Positions 18,254-26,605 of a stretch of 54,784 nt of DNA are shown here, one piece after another. Origin of the DNA: a virus (lineage: Duplodnaviria; Caudoviricetes); the IMG/VR virus record IMGVR_UViG_3300028384_000897, positions 1 to 54,784 of that record; one strand, given 5' to 3'. How positions within the stretch are numbered: the first letter of the stretch is position 1; the number at the start of each line of letters is the position of its first letter. The notes below the pieces were generated by a model that did no database searches, had not been told where the DNA came from, and worked only from the letters and a program-made list of their open reading frames with translations. The position numbers and the translations under genes are program-made.

Positions 18254-19018
18254 TCAATGCATGTCTTTTTGATACTTCTCAACAAACCATACATACTCTT
18301 TATAGTTTTGAATCTTTTTAACTTCTTCTCTTAAGAATTTACCATCAATCCATTGTCCGTCATCAAAATCTAATTCTTCCTGTAAATCGTGGCGAAGTAA
18401 AGTAAAATCAAACCAACGATCCATTTCTAATATATCTACTTCTTTTTCTGTTAAGTACTTACCTAACGATCTGTGATAGTCTAATTTATAGAAAGCATTA
18501 TCATCAGCATCTACATAGGTTGTATATAAATCAGCTAAAATATCTAAAGCTTCTCTGTTAGCAATTAAAATTTTATCTTCCATTCTCTTAGTATCCTCTT
18601 GGATCCTATCTAAATGAAAAACTGTAGGTTTATTTACTTTACTCCAGGTCTCTATAAAATTGTTAAATAATACTTCACTATCAGTTTTATCCTCAAATTT
18701 TAAGTCCGGACGAGCAATGATATAGAAGTCGTATTCTTTATTAAACTTTTTACGAAATTCAACACTTTCTCTTAAACAGTAATAATACTGTATAAGTGAA
18801 CCTGTTTTGATAACAGGCTCTTTAATTAATTGTAAATTATCTATTGAGTATAGATTACCTTCCTTTAATTGCTTTACAGAGTAATTATCTTCCCAGAATG
18901 TACCGTATGTATCTACCTGGTATCCAAACTCATTTAACTTATTAATAAATGAGCCTAAAGTTTTTTGCAACTCCCACCATCGGAGCTGACCGAACAATTC
19001 TATACTAACTCTTTTCAT
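18254..19018 (-). CDS. Glycosyltransferase-like hypothetical protein
   Basis: N-terminal ELFGQLR and YDFYIIARPDL motifs typical of phage GT-like proteins. ATG 19018 overlaps the upstream stop. Confidence 0.5.
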   Translation of the reverse strand: MKRVSIELFGQLRWWELQKTLGSFINKLNEFGYQVDTYGTFWEDNYSVKQLKEGNLYSIDNLQLIKEPVIKTGSLIQYYYCLRESVEFRKKFNKEYDFYIIARPDLKFEDKTDSEVLFNNFIETWSKVNKPTVFHLDRIQEDTKRMEDKILIANREALDILADLYTTYVDADDNAFYKLDYHRSLGKYLTEKEVDILEMDRWFDFTLLRHDLQEELDFDDGQWIDGKFLREEVKKIQNYKEYVWFVEKYQKDMH

Positions 19019-19554
19019 TGTAATGTAGCACGTAGAAAATTGCACCACATATAGAGACTTCTATCTCTTAGAATTCTAAATAGATCATCAAGAGTATTAT
19101 TCATATTATTAAACCTTTCTTCCATAATAACTCTACCCTCATCAACTCCAGCAGTAACGTGATGAATTACAGCTCCTGCAATAGGATACTTACCTTCAAA
19201 AGCTCTAACTTGAGGATCTTTACCTTTTAGTTCTGGGTATTCAGTTATAAGGCCAGGATGTCCGTTAAACACTCTAAACTTTTCGCAAATCTCAGGAGGC
19301 ATAATTCTCAACCAACCATGTAACGTGATTATAGCTTCCGGAAAGTAAACTAAAAAGTCTTCATACTCCTCTAAAGTAGGTTTATTGTTAAGAGTAAAAA
19401 ACCCTTGCTTTACTATTCTTTCATCAATAGTTCTTAAATGATCAGGTCTTTCATTAGTATATATTCTATCCGGCCATCTTCCTAATGACTCTGCAATATC
19501 TGCGATTTCTGCTCCTGTCTGACTAAAAAATGCTATCCAAACCTTCGTTTCCAT
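19015..19554 (-). CDS. PurN-like formyltransferase (DpdN-like preQ1 formyltransferase)
   Basis: FSQTG, LHGWLRI, FNGHPG and IHHVTAGVDEG formyltransferase motifs; adjacent to the DpdA-like gene. Confidence 0.85.
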   Translation of the reverse strand: METKVWIAFFSQTGAEIADIAESLGRWPDRIYTNERPDHLRTIDERIVKQGFFTLNNKPTLEEYEDFLVYFPEAIITLHGWLRIMPPEICEKFRVFNGHPGLITEYPELKGKDPQVRAFEGKYPIAGAVIHHVTAGVDEGRVIMEERFNNMNNTLDDLFRILRDRSLYMWCNFLRATLQ

Positions 19555-20347
19555 TTGCGTACCATCTAAATTTTTGAATATTAGTTCTAATACTAGATAA
19601 AGTATCAGGACTTACATCTTCGTTAATTAATTCAAACAACTTTTGAGATTCCTTTGACCATAAGCCACCTGATTTGTATTCAATACCTTTTATTCCATGG
19701 ACCACTGGATTACTAGTATCCAAAGAATATAACCAATTATAGTTAGCATGTTTATAAAATTGAAATTCCTGAGGTAAACCACAGCCTAGTAAATGATGAG
19801 GTTTATCTTCATTAATAACACCGTCTTTAAGTAAATCTCCAAGTAACTTAACACGTCCTAGCATCCAACTAACATACTTGTTAGGATGAGGTACAGACTG
19901 TGTATAATACGAATAATCGAAAGATATAGCAATCATATCTACATCTGCTTCTTTATTCATATAATTGTAACAATCTACTATCTCATCGTAAGTTTTACCT
20001 TGAATAACTCCTATTTTGCCGCTACCTTCATAACCAAGACCTTTATTATTCCAGTCTTCCATTTGTTTGCAAGTTTTATCAGCATTCTCTAAAGCATCTG
20101 GAACAATATACCAAGCAGGTCTAATTTCGTTAACCCACTTATCAAACTTATTAGCATCGAAAGCCTCTTCTAACTCAAATATTGAATTATCTAATATTAC
20201 TTCTCTACCTTTTAAGATAGCTTTTTTAAACTGAGCTAGATACTCTGGATCTTCTTCAAATAAATGAACCAAAGCATAATCGTAGTCAGTAAACTTTTGA
20301 ACTTCTTCAAAAATACTTTTAGGACTTTCGTGTGCTATTTTAATCAT
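19523..20347 (-). CDS. dpdA: TGT-fold 7-deazaguanine transglycosylase (DpdA-like, probably the DpdA3 type)
   Basis: ILDNS, VPD, GVIQG, HHLLG and SLDTS follow the TGT/DpdA barrel motif order; located inside the que cluster. Confidence 0.75.
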   Translation of the reverse strand: MIKIAHESPKSIFEEVQKFTDYDYALVHLFEEDPEYLAQFKKAILKGREVILDNSIFELEEAFDANKFDKWVNEIRPAWYIVPDALENADKTCKQMEDWNNKGLGYEGSGKIGVIQGKTYDEIVDCYNYMNKEADVDMIAISFDYSYYTQSVPHPNKYVSWMLGRVKLLGDLLKDGVINEDKPHHLLGCGLPQEFQFYKHANYNWLYSLDTSNPVVHGIKGIEYKSGGLWSKESQKLFELINEDVSPDTLSSIRTNIQKFRWYANGNEGLDSIF

Positions 20348-20525
20348 TATCTAATTTAGTGTTTAACGTATTGGTAATATTTTTAAGATAACCTTCAACC
20401 TTTGTCATCTCTTTATCTAGCCTAGAATTATAGCTGAAGACTTCTTTGATTGCCTTATCAGCTATCTCTAAAGGAACATACTTTACTCCATCTACTACCT
20501 TAATATGTTCGTTAAGATTAATCAT
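20340..20525 (-). CDS. Hypothetical protein
   Basis: Coupled 61 aa ORF. Confidence 0.7.
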   Translation of the reverse strand: MINLNEHIKVVDGVKYVPLEIADKAIKEVFSYNSRLDKEMTKVEGYLKNITNTLNTKLDND

Positions 20526-21060
20526 TAAAAAACTGTTTTAAGTTAGGTCTAAAATAATTAATACTTTTCATTACTTTCCTATCAGCTGTTCGGTAGACAA
20601 TATACCGTCCTTCCGCAATCTTCTCAAAATGGCAGGCCTGACCTTGTTCCTCACTTCTCTTGCTGACGGTCTGTATGGCTTCTTCTTCAGTTTTGCAAGC
20701 TTTCGACATATTACTAGCTTGTACCTCTTGATATGCCGGCCATATCTTATCCTTAAGACCGTGTAACATAGTACCGTTCCCAAGGGAAACATAAGTAATG
20801 TCGCACAAAGCGTCCAAAACTTCCACAATGTCGCCTCTCTCGCAAGCTTCTCTATACTCTTCGAGTTCTTCAAGGATAAAGTCATAGACGAATTGCCATT
20901 CTTTTTTCTCTGGGATTGTGGGTTCATAATTGTTAGGTTTACCGAATGTTGCGTTAAAAATTTCTACTTCGTTAACAAAAGGAACATCAGCACTTAGTCC
21001 AGTGCTAGGATCCATTCCTGGTTCAAGATTTTCAAATAATGATAATTGTTTACCTTTCAT
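20518..21060 (-). CDS. MazG-like (all-alpha) nucleoside-triphosphate pyrophosphohydrolase
   Basis: EELEEY...EVLDALCDITYV...EVQASNMSK. Confidence 0.85.
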   Translation of the reverse strand: MKGKQLSLFENLEPGMDPSTGLSADVPFVNEVEIFNATFGKPNNYEPTIPEKKEWQFVYDFILEELEEYREACERGDIVEVLDALCDITYVSLGNGTMLHGLKDKIWPAYQEVQASNMSKACKTEEEAIQTVSKRSEEQGQACHFEKIAEGRYIVYRTADRKVMKSINYFRPNLKQFFND

Positions 21061-21397
21061 AATCGTCTTCGTATCTAGTTATATCATCTTCACCGAAATA
21101 AGTTCCGGTTTGTACTTCTATAAAGTTAATTTTATGATTCGTTTTATTCCATGCACGATGTTTTGAACCTTGAGGTATTTGGATTGTTTCTCCAGGTACA
21201 ACAGTATGTTCTACATCATCTACTATAACTGTTAATGTACCATTTACACATGTCCATGCCTCTTTTCTCAATTTATGAGACTGGTATGATAACCTCTGAT
21301 GAGGAGCTACGGTTATTAATTTAACTTTAGTAAACTGAGTATCTAATAATACGTCGTAACATCCCCAAGGTCTTTCATCATGTTCTAATGCTTGCAT
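21050..21397 (-). CDS. Cupin, mannose-6-phosphate isomerase type II C-terminal-like
   Basis: RPWG, LSYQSH and EVQTGTYFGEDDI motifs. Confidence 0.85.
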   Translation of the reverse strand: MQALEHDERPWGCYDVLLDTQFTKVKLITVAPHQRLSYQSHKLRKEAWTCVNGTLTVIVDDVEHTVVPGETIQIPQGSKHRAWNKTNHKINFIEVQTGTYFGEDDITRYEDDYER

Positions 21398-22053
21398 ATA
21401 CCTGCTAATTCTATATTTTTATAAAACTCTGCTCTAGCCGAATCTTCGTTTAAGAAACATCCGGTTAACTTAGCTGTTTGCATAGATGCACCGTGATGCT
21501 TAACTCCTCTACAACTTACACAGTTATGAGTTGCATCAATCATTACAGCTACTCCTAAGTTACCTTCACATATCTTATCAATAGCATTGTGAATAGCTAC
21601 GGTAAGCTGCTCTTGAATAGCACCTCGTCTACCAAAATGCTCTACAATTCTATTTAACTTAGATAGACCCACAACTTTACCGTTCTTAGAAGGTACATAA
21701 GCTATACTAACTTTACCGCCGATAGTTTGATGGTGATGACTGCACATAGAAGTAACTGGTATATTACTCTCTTGTACAATACCGTCGTAACCGTCAGAAG
21801 GAAATGCAGTAATCTCAGAAGGTGCATCGTAGCGTCCTTTCCAAAGATCAAATACATACGCTTTAGCCACTCTTCGAGGAGTGTCAGCTGAATTAGGATC
21901 GTTTCTCCAATCACAACCTAAAGCATCTAAAAATTTACCATAGGCCTCGGCTGCTTCTTCTACCATAGACCATTTTTCTTTTTCTGTAAAAGGAAAGCCA
22001 GGAGCTACTCCATTTGCATAACCTGCTTTTACGAGTTCTAAATCTTTACTCAT
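21385..22053 (-). CDS. folE: GTP cyclohydrolase I
   Basis: TPRRVAK, SMCSHH, GLSKLNR, IQEQLT and HNCVSCRG motifs. Confidence 0.97.
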   Translation of the reverse strand: MSKDLELVKAGYANGVAPGFPFTEKEKWSMVEEAAEAYGKFLDALGCDWRNDPNSADTPRRVAKAYVFDLWKGRYDAPSEITAFPSDGYDGIVQESNIPVTSMCSHHHQTIGGKVSIAYVPSKNGKVVGLSKLNRIVEHFGRRGAIQEQLTVAIHNAIDKICEGNLGVAVMIDATHNCVSCRGVKHHGASMQTAKLTGCFLNEDSARAEFYKNIELAGICKH

Positions 22054-22085
22054 CTATAACTTTGTTTATACTTTAATATATGAAT

Positions 22086-22496
22086 TTATTTTTTATTATC
22101 CAAATAATCCTGTATAGGTTTTGAATCTTCTTTTTCCCAAGGGTAGACTATCCACCCAAAATCTTTATCAATTTTTTCACCGTAGTAATCAGGTTTAAAA
22201 GTTGATACTTCTTTATATTGAAGAGCAGCATACTTAGGGTTAGGAAACTGCTCTTTTAATTTTGAAAATGTTTTTCCTGAATCTGCAATATCATCGATAA
22301 TTAGTAAATTAGGGTAATGGTCACTTTTATACTCCATGTAAGGTATATCGAATCTATGTGAATACAAAATTGCTAGTAATGTACCTCCTCTAGGTACTCC
22401 AGTTACATAAGTTATTTCTTCTTTACATTGCTCGTAAATAATATCGAGAAGATTATTTATATCGTCCCATGTTAAATAGTGTTTTTTTATACTCAT
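22086..22496 (-). CDS. Type I phosphoribosyltransferase (Gpt-like)
   Basis: GVPRGG, LIIDDIADSGKT PRPP-binding loop, WIVYPWE. Confidence 0.9.
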   Translation of the reverse strand: MSIKKHYLTWDDINNLLDIIYEQCKEEITYVTGVPRGGTLLAILYSHRFDIPYMEYKSDHYPNLLIIDDIADSGKTFSKLKEQFPNPKYAALQYKEVSTFKPDYYGEKIDKDFGWIVYPWEKEDSKPIQDYLDNKK

Positions 22497-23017
22497 AATA
22501 ATGATTTGGATTTTCCCATATTGTATGCCGATAGTAGTAGAACTGCAGAATACCTAATACCTGATGTGACAGGGCATGCTTGATGCAAATAGTCGGAGGA
22601 AAATAGTACCGTATTACCTAATTCCTTAGATACAGTATACTCTTCATCATTTTCATCCCAAATTTTTAAATCCCCGCCATCATAATAATCGTTTAATTGT
22701 ATAGATAAAGTTCTATAATAAGCAGCATTATATGTAGATGAATTATCTCTATGCCTTTTAAATTGTTGATCTTTGCCGTACCTTAAAATTTTTATAGTTT
22801 CAGGAAGATTCTTAACTCCTAATACTTCTAATTTATTAAGAAGGAACTCTTTTAGTTTACCGCCTATTTTTATTTTACTTTGATCGGAAGTTCTAGTATG
22901 ATTATATCTACCTTCAGGGTAAGCAGCACTATAAACTAGACTTCTAGAAAAGTCTTTAGCGCAATCAAGTATAAATTCACAATCTTGTTTACTAAAGATA
23001 ATCTCTTCTTTAATCAT
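22493..23017 (-). CDS. 2OG-Fe(II) oxygenase
   Basis: HRD...H...R motif, YDGGDL. Confidence 0.85.
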   Translation of the reverse strand: MIKEEIIFSKQDCEFILDCAKDFSRSLVYSAAYPEGRYNHTRTSDQSKIKIGGKLKEFLLNKLEVLGVKNLPETIKILRYGKDQQFKRHRDNSSTYNAAYYRTLSIQLNDYYDGGDLKIWDENDEEYTVSKELGNTVLFSSDYLHQACPVTSGIRYSAVLLLSAYNMGKSKSLL

Positions 23018-23186
23018 TTGTAGTAGTCATAACCCAACCTGGGGTTTTAATATAGTGTTTATTTTTATTAATCCCTACAGATTCTAGTTTCTCTTTTAAC
23101 TCATCCCATTGCTTGGGTGTAATATTGTAATGGTGCACTCCTTGTGCAAAACCTCTTAACCATTGAACAAACTCTTTATCCGACAT
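23010..23186 (-). CDS. Small hypothetical protein (58 aa)
   Basis: Not in the ORF track. MSDKEFVQWLRGFAQG...; overlaps both neighbours. Confidence 0.7.
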   Translation of the reverse strand: MSDKEFVQWLRGFAQGVHHYNITPKQWDELKEKLESVGINKNKHYIKTPGWVMTTTND

Positions 23187-23487
23187 ATTCTAATCCAAAA
23201 AATTTATAGTTATTTTTAACAGCATCTAATTCTCCAGCATCTATAGCATCCTCTTCACTATCAAATATAGCTTCAACTGGGCATTCGGGAACACAAGCTC
23301 CACAATCAATACATTCTTCAGGGTTAATATATAAACTCTTACCTTGAAGTTCTTCTTTACTCATATTAGCTACTTCAGCACCAGCTCCATCGATATCTAT
23401 AGGTCCGTGAATGCAGTCGACAGGGCAAACTGCTACACAGGCTGTGTCACAAGTACTAATGCATGGAGAACCTATAATAAAACTCAT
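23176..23487 (-). CDS. Ferredoxin (dicluster, 7Fe/8Fe type)
   Basis: C..C..CPVDC and CIDCGACVPECP. Confidence 0.92.
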   Translation of the reverse strand: MSFIIGSPCISTCDTACVAVCPVDCIHGPIDIDGAGAEVANMSKEELQGKSLYINPEECIDCGACVPECPVEAIFDSEEDAIDAGELDAVKNNYKFFGLEYVG

Positions 23488-24260
23488 ACCTCTCTTTGAT
23501 CATTAAATGCCATAATATGAGCCCTACCTGTAAATCTCCATCCTCTATCTCTTACAAAATCCATTACTTTAGGATAAGATTCAAACAAAGAATCTCTGGT
23601 ATCCCCTGCTGGCATTGCCCATACTTTATCATCTGGTATATCTAAATCTTTTAAGAACTCTTCTACTTCATCTAGGATACTAAATTCTTTATCGAGTACA
23701 GGTTTAATATGATAATCTTTATGATACTCTATAGATTGTTTTATAGCTTCTTTATTTACTCTAAATCTATTGTGAGTTTTAATCATTTTTTCGTCGACCA
23801 CTTTTCCTTGAGGAGTAAGAGTCCCAACAACGGGGATACTATTACTAAATTTAGGAGAAATACTGAGAAGATCGATAGGATAATCAGTAGGAAGGAAATG
23901 AGATCCTTCGTTTTCAATAGTAATAAATATACCGTTTTCATGAGCAAAATGTGTTAGTTCATTAACAAGCTTTTTATGCATAGTAGGTGAACCTCCAGTA
24001 AGCATCATTTCTTTAATATGAGGATTCTCTTCATATTTTTTGATAATATCATTAAAAGAATATTTACCTTTTTCAGGATGAATCGAAGTATACCAACTAT
24101 CACACCAACCGCCTTCACCGAAGTAACATCTATGTGTACATCCAGTAGTTCTAATTACTATAGTAGGAAAACCTTGTCTACTACCTTCCGATTGAACTGC
24201 GGTATATACTTCTACTATAGGTAAATTTTTATCGTAATCTTCAATCCTGCCCAGGCTCAT
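23484..24260 (-). CDS. queE: 7-carboxy-7-deazaguanine synthase (radical SAM)
   Basis: QSEG..G, RTTGCTHRCYFGEGGWCDS, LTGG, SISPK. Confidence 0.93.
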   Translation of the reverse strand: MSLGRIEDYDKNLPIVEVYTAVQSEGSRQGFPTIVIRTTGCTHRCYFGEGGWCDSWYTSIHPEKGKYSFNDIIKKYEENPHIKEMMLTGGSPTMHKKLVNELTHFAHENGIFITIENEGSHFLPTDYPIDLLSISPKFSNSIPVVGTLTPQGKVVDEKMIKTHNRFRVNKEAIKQSIEYHKDYHIKPVLDKEFSILDEVEEFLKDLDIPDDKVWAMPAGDTRDSLFESYPKVMDFVRDRGWRFTGRAHIMAFNDQREV

Positions 24261-24714
24261 ATATTGCTGAATTTTTATTATGTTCTCTAAATTCTACTTT
24301 AGCTATTTTTACCCTACCGTTAGTTTCCTTTACGATAAAAGGGTTAACTTTATTGTAGATAAACTCTGCAAATTTCTCTGCTCCTACTGCAGGTATGACT
24401 CGTAACTGAATAATACCTTTAGAACCTAGTCTTGTGAAAGAGTCTAAAGAAGGATCATCTTCAGCCATAACTACGGTATGGTCAAACATATAATCAAACC
24501 ACTCCTTAGGACTCATCCCATCAATTTTACCTTCAGCTCTCTTCATTCCACCGAAATCCCATACCCAGTTACGATTATCTAAATCTCCTTCAAAAGTTAA
24601 TTTAAACGATACGCCGTACCCGTGTAAGAATTTACAGTGAGTTGTTTTTGCTTTCCATTGACGAAAACAAGTAGAAAATCCGTCAAATACTTTAGTTGAT
24701 TTAAAATTTCCCAT
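24241..24714 (-). CDS. queD: 6-carboxy-5,6,7,8-tetrahydropterin synthase
   Basis: HCKFLHGY, VWDFG, FDH and GAE motifs. ATG 24714 is coupled to the upstream stop. Confidence 0.93.
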   Translation of the reverse strand: MGNFKSTKVFDGFSTCFRQWKAKTTHCKFLHGYGVSFKLTFEGDLDNRNWVWDFGGMKRAEGKIDGMSPKEWFDYMFDHTVVMAEDDPSLDSFTRLGSKGIIQLRVIPAVGAEKFAEFIYNKVNPFIVKETNGRVKIAKVEFREHNKNSAIYEPGQD

Positions 24715-24992
24715 TATACTAATTCTTCTATTATACCAACAACTTCTGATAACACTAAAATACCTGCAGCCCAAGGAAGGCTAAAAGGTATAAGTATATA
24801 ACCTAATATACGAATTCCTGATTTAATAAACGACACAATTTGGTGTTTTTTTGCGTCCGGATAGTTTTGGGATTGATTTGGAGAAGCTTTTACTGCTTCT
24901 TGATCAAGCAGATAATCTGCTCTTAATACTCTTCTTGATTCTGGATCTCTAAGAGAATCCATAATCTCTTTTTCTGTAGAATTATTTACCAT
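24714..24992 (-). CDS. Small membrane protein, first gene of the riboswitch-led operon
   Basis: Two C-terminal hydrophobic helices. Confidence 0.75.
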   Translation of the reverse strand: MVNNSTEKEIMDSLRDPESRRVLRADYLLDQEAVKASPNQSQNYPDAKKHQIVSFIKSGIRILGYILIPFSLPWAAGILVLSEVVGIIEELV

Positions 24993-24995
24993 TTA

Positions 24996-25025
24996 CGTGT
25001 TTTTAAAGTGGTGCTACGACACTAT
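24996..25025 (-). ncRNA. preQ1 class I riboswitch-like aptamer
   Basis: AUAGUG-UCGUAGCAC-CACUU-UAAAAACACG: P1 AGUG/CACU, ligand-reading C before the P1 3' strand, A-rich L3, and CGU/ACG plus G-C pseudoknot pairs. Lies between the promoter (25040-25070) and the ATG of the queD-queE operon. Confidence 0.75.
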
Positions 25026-25076
25026 AGTCTTATATCTTATAATATAAGGATATTATTTTAAATAGGCAACTTTTTA

Positions 25077-26462
25077 TTAAGTTATTCTTATCCATTCTTT
25101 TCCATCACTCCAAACCTTAGCAGATTGGTAAGATGAACTTATAATAAACGGATCAGACGAACCATTTATAGTATTTGAACCAGATCCATACAATTTAAAA
25201 AATTTAGCATTAGTAATAGTACTATCAGCTTGAAGTCGTATGTACCTGTATGTATTATAGTTAAATTGAGCAGGCGGTAATCTTAACTCTGCTTCACCGT
25301 CACTACCAGAATAATTTAGGTATACCATTTCAGTTCTACTGTATGTACTTCCTGTTAAGAAAATTACGTCAGAAGCTGAACCAGAGACTATAGTAGGTAA
25401 TATGTGTTCTTTCGTAGTTGCAGATGTCGAAATTTTTACCTGTTTAAATGAACTTGTTTGGGCAGCTTCTATATAAGAACCTGTTTGAGCTTCTATCCTT
25501 TCTACCCTACCTTCGTAGGATTCTTCAGCAAAAATGTTTACTAATGAACCACTATGGTTTAATAATTCGATAATACTAGTCTCGTTCGTTTCTACTCTTA
25601 ATTGAATTGAAGAAGAGAATGTAGTATGCTGTACTTCCCTATCGTTTTCATTTTGGTTAATAGTAGAATCAATAGAAGAAGAAACTAAAGTGAAAGAACC
25701 GCTAATTTGATTTTTTAATGCATAAGATCCTGTTGCTGCATTTAATCCACTAACATCAGAATGTACTATATTATCAAACCTAGTTGCTATAGAAGAACTT
25801 AATTCATTGAACGAACCACTTATTTGTGTTTTAATAGCATATGAACTAGTAGCAGCATTTAAACTACTTACTGCTGTTGATACTTCTGTATCTGTAGCAA
25901 ATGTTGCGTCTAAAGATGAACTAAAATTTTCTTGATCAGCTAATCTAAGAGCTAATGAACTAGAAACAGTATTAAATGATCCTGAAATACTTGTTTTTAA
26001 AGCATAAGATCCTGTTGCTGCATTTAATGCACTAACTGCAGTGGTTAATTCAGCATCTGTGGCAAAATCATTATTTAGAGATGAACTAAAGTCTAATAAC
26101 TGAGCTGTTTCTAAAGCTAGAGAACTAGATACAGCTTCTAATTCCGCATCTGTTGCAAAATCATTATTTAACGAAGCACTAAAATCTAGTAATTGAGCTG
26201 TTTCAGAAGCAAGTGAGCTAGATACTGTGCTAAGTTCTGCATCTGTAGCAAATGTATCGTTTAATGAAGAGCTAAAGTTATCTAATCTAGTTAAAGATTC
26301 AGAAACGTTACTATGTCCAGTAATGGATAAGGTTCCATTTACTGTCAAATCCGACATAGATCCGGAAAGAGTATTTCCTAAACCATCTTGCAACACAGCA
26401 CCATCGACTTGTACAAGACGTTTATAGGTTTTATTGATTTGTTTGTTAGTAAAGTTTGCCAT
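25077..26462 (-). CDS. Ser-rich repeat-containing fibre-like virion protein
   Basis: Repeats LDFSSSLNNDFATDAEL and LNAATGSYALKxQISGSF; C-terminal WSDGKEW; late-type motif upstream. Confidence 0.6.
   Translation of the reverse strand: MANFTNKQINKTYKRLVQVDGAVLQDGLGNTLSGSMSDLTVNGTLSITGHSNVSESLTRLDNFSSSLNDTFATDAELSTVSSSLASETAQLLDFSASLNNDFATDAELEAVSSSLALETAQLLDFSSSLNNDFATDAELTTAVSALNAATGSYALKTSISGSFNTVSSSLALRLADQENFSSSLDATFATDTEVSTAVSSLNAATSSYAIKTQISGSFNELSSSIATRFDNIVHSDVSGLNAATGSYALKNQISGSFTLVSSSIDSTINQNENDREVQHTTFSSSIQLRVETNETSIIELLNHSGSLVNIFAEESYEGRVERIEAQTGSYIEAAQTSSFKQVKISTSATTKEHILPTIVSGSASDVIFLTGSTYSRTEMVYLNYSGSDGEAELRLPPAQFNYNTYRYIRLQADSTITNAKFFKLYGSGSNTINGSSDPFIISSSYQSAKVWSDGKEWIRIT
25680..26290 (-). 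repeat. Intragenic imperfect tandem repeats (~78-bp unit plus a second unit)
   Basis: For example gcataagatcctgttgctgcatttaat at ~25721 and ~26002, and repeated gcaaaatcattattta. Confidence 0.8.
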
Positions 26463-26488
26463 GAATACCAGTATATAGTATAAATAGC

Positions 26489-26605
26489 TTAAAAGTTTGT
26501 ATAGTTAAAAGGATCTCTTTTTTTTAATTCTTTGATCTTTTTCTTAAACTCTCTGTCTTTTTTCCACTGCTGGTATTTACCTTTTATCCACTTAATTAGT
26601 CTCAT
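26489..26605 (-). CDS. Small basic protein (38 aa) following the carbamoyltransferase
   Basis: Not in the ORF track. MRLIKWIKG...KKRDPFNYTNF. Confidence 0.65.
   Translation of the reverse strand: MRLIKWIKGKYQQWKKDREFKKKIKELKKRDPFNYTNF

Noticed and set aside
25680-26290. Regular repeats as a CRISPR array or DGR template
   Set aside because: They are in-frame coding repeats with synonymous-type variation, and there is no reverse transcriptase in the window.
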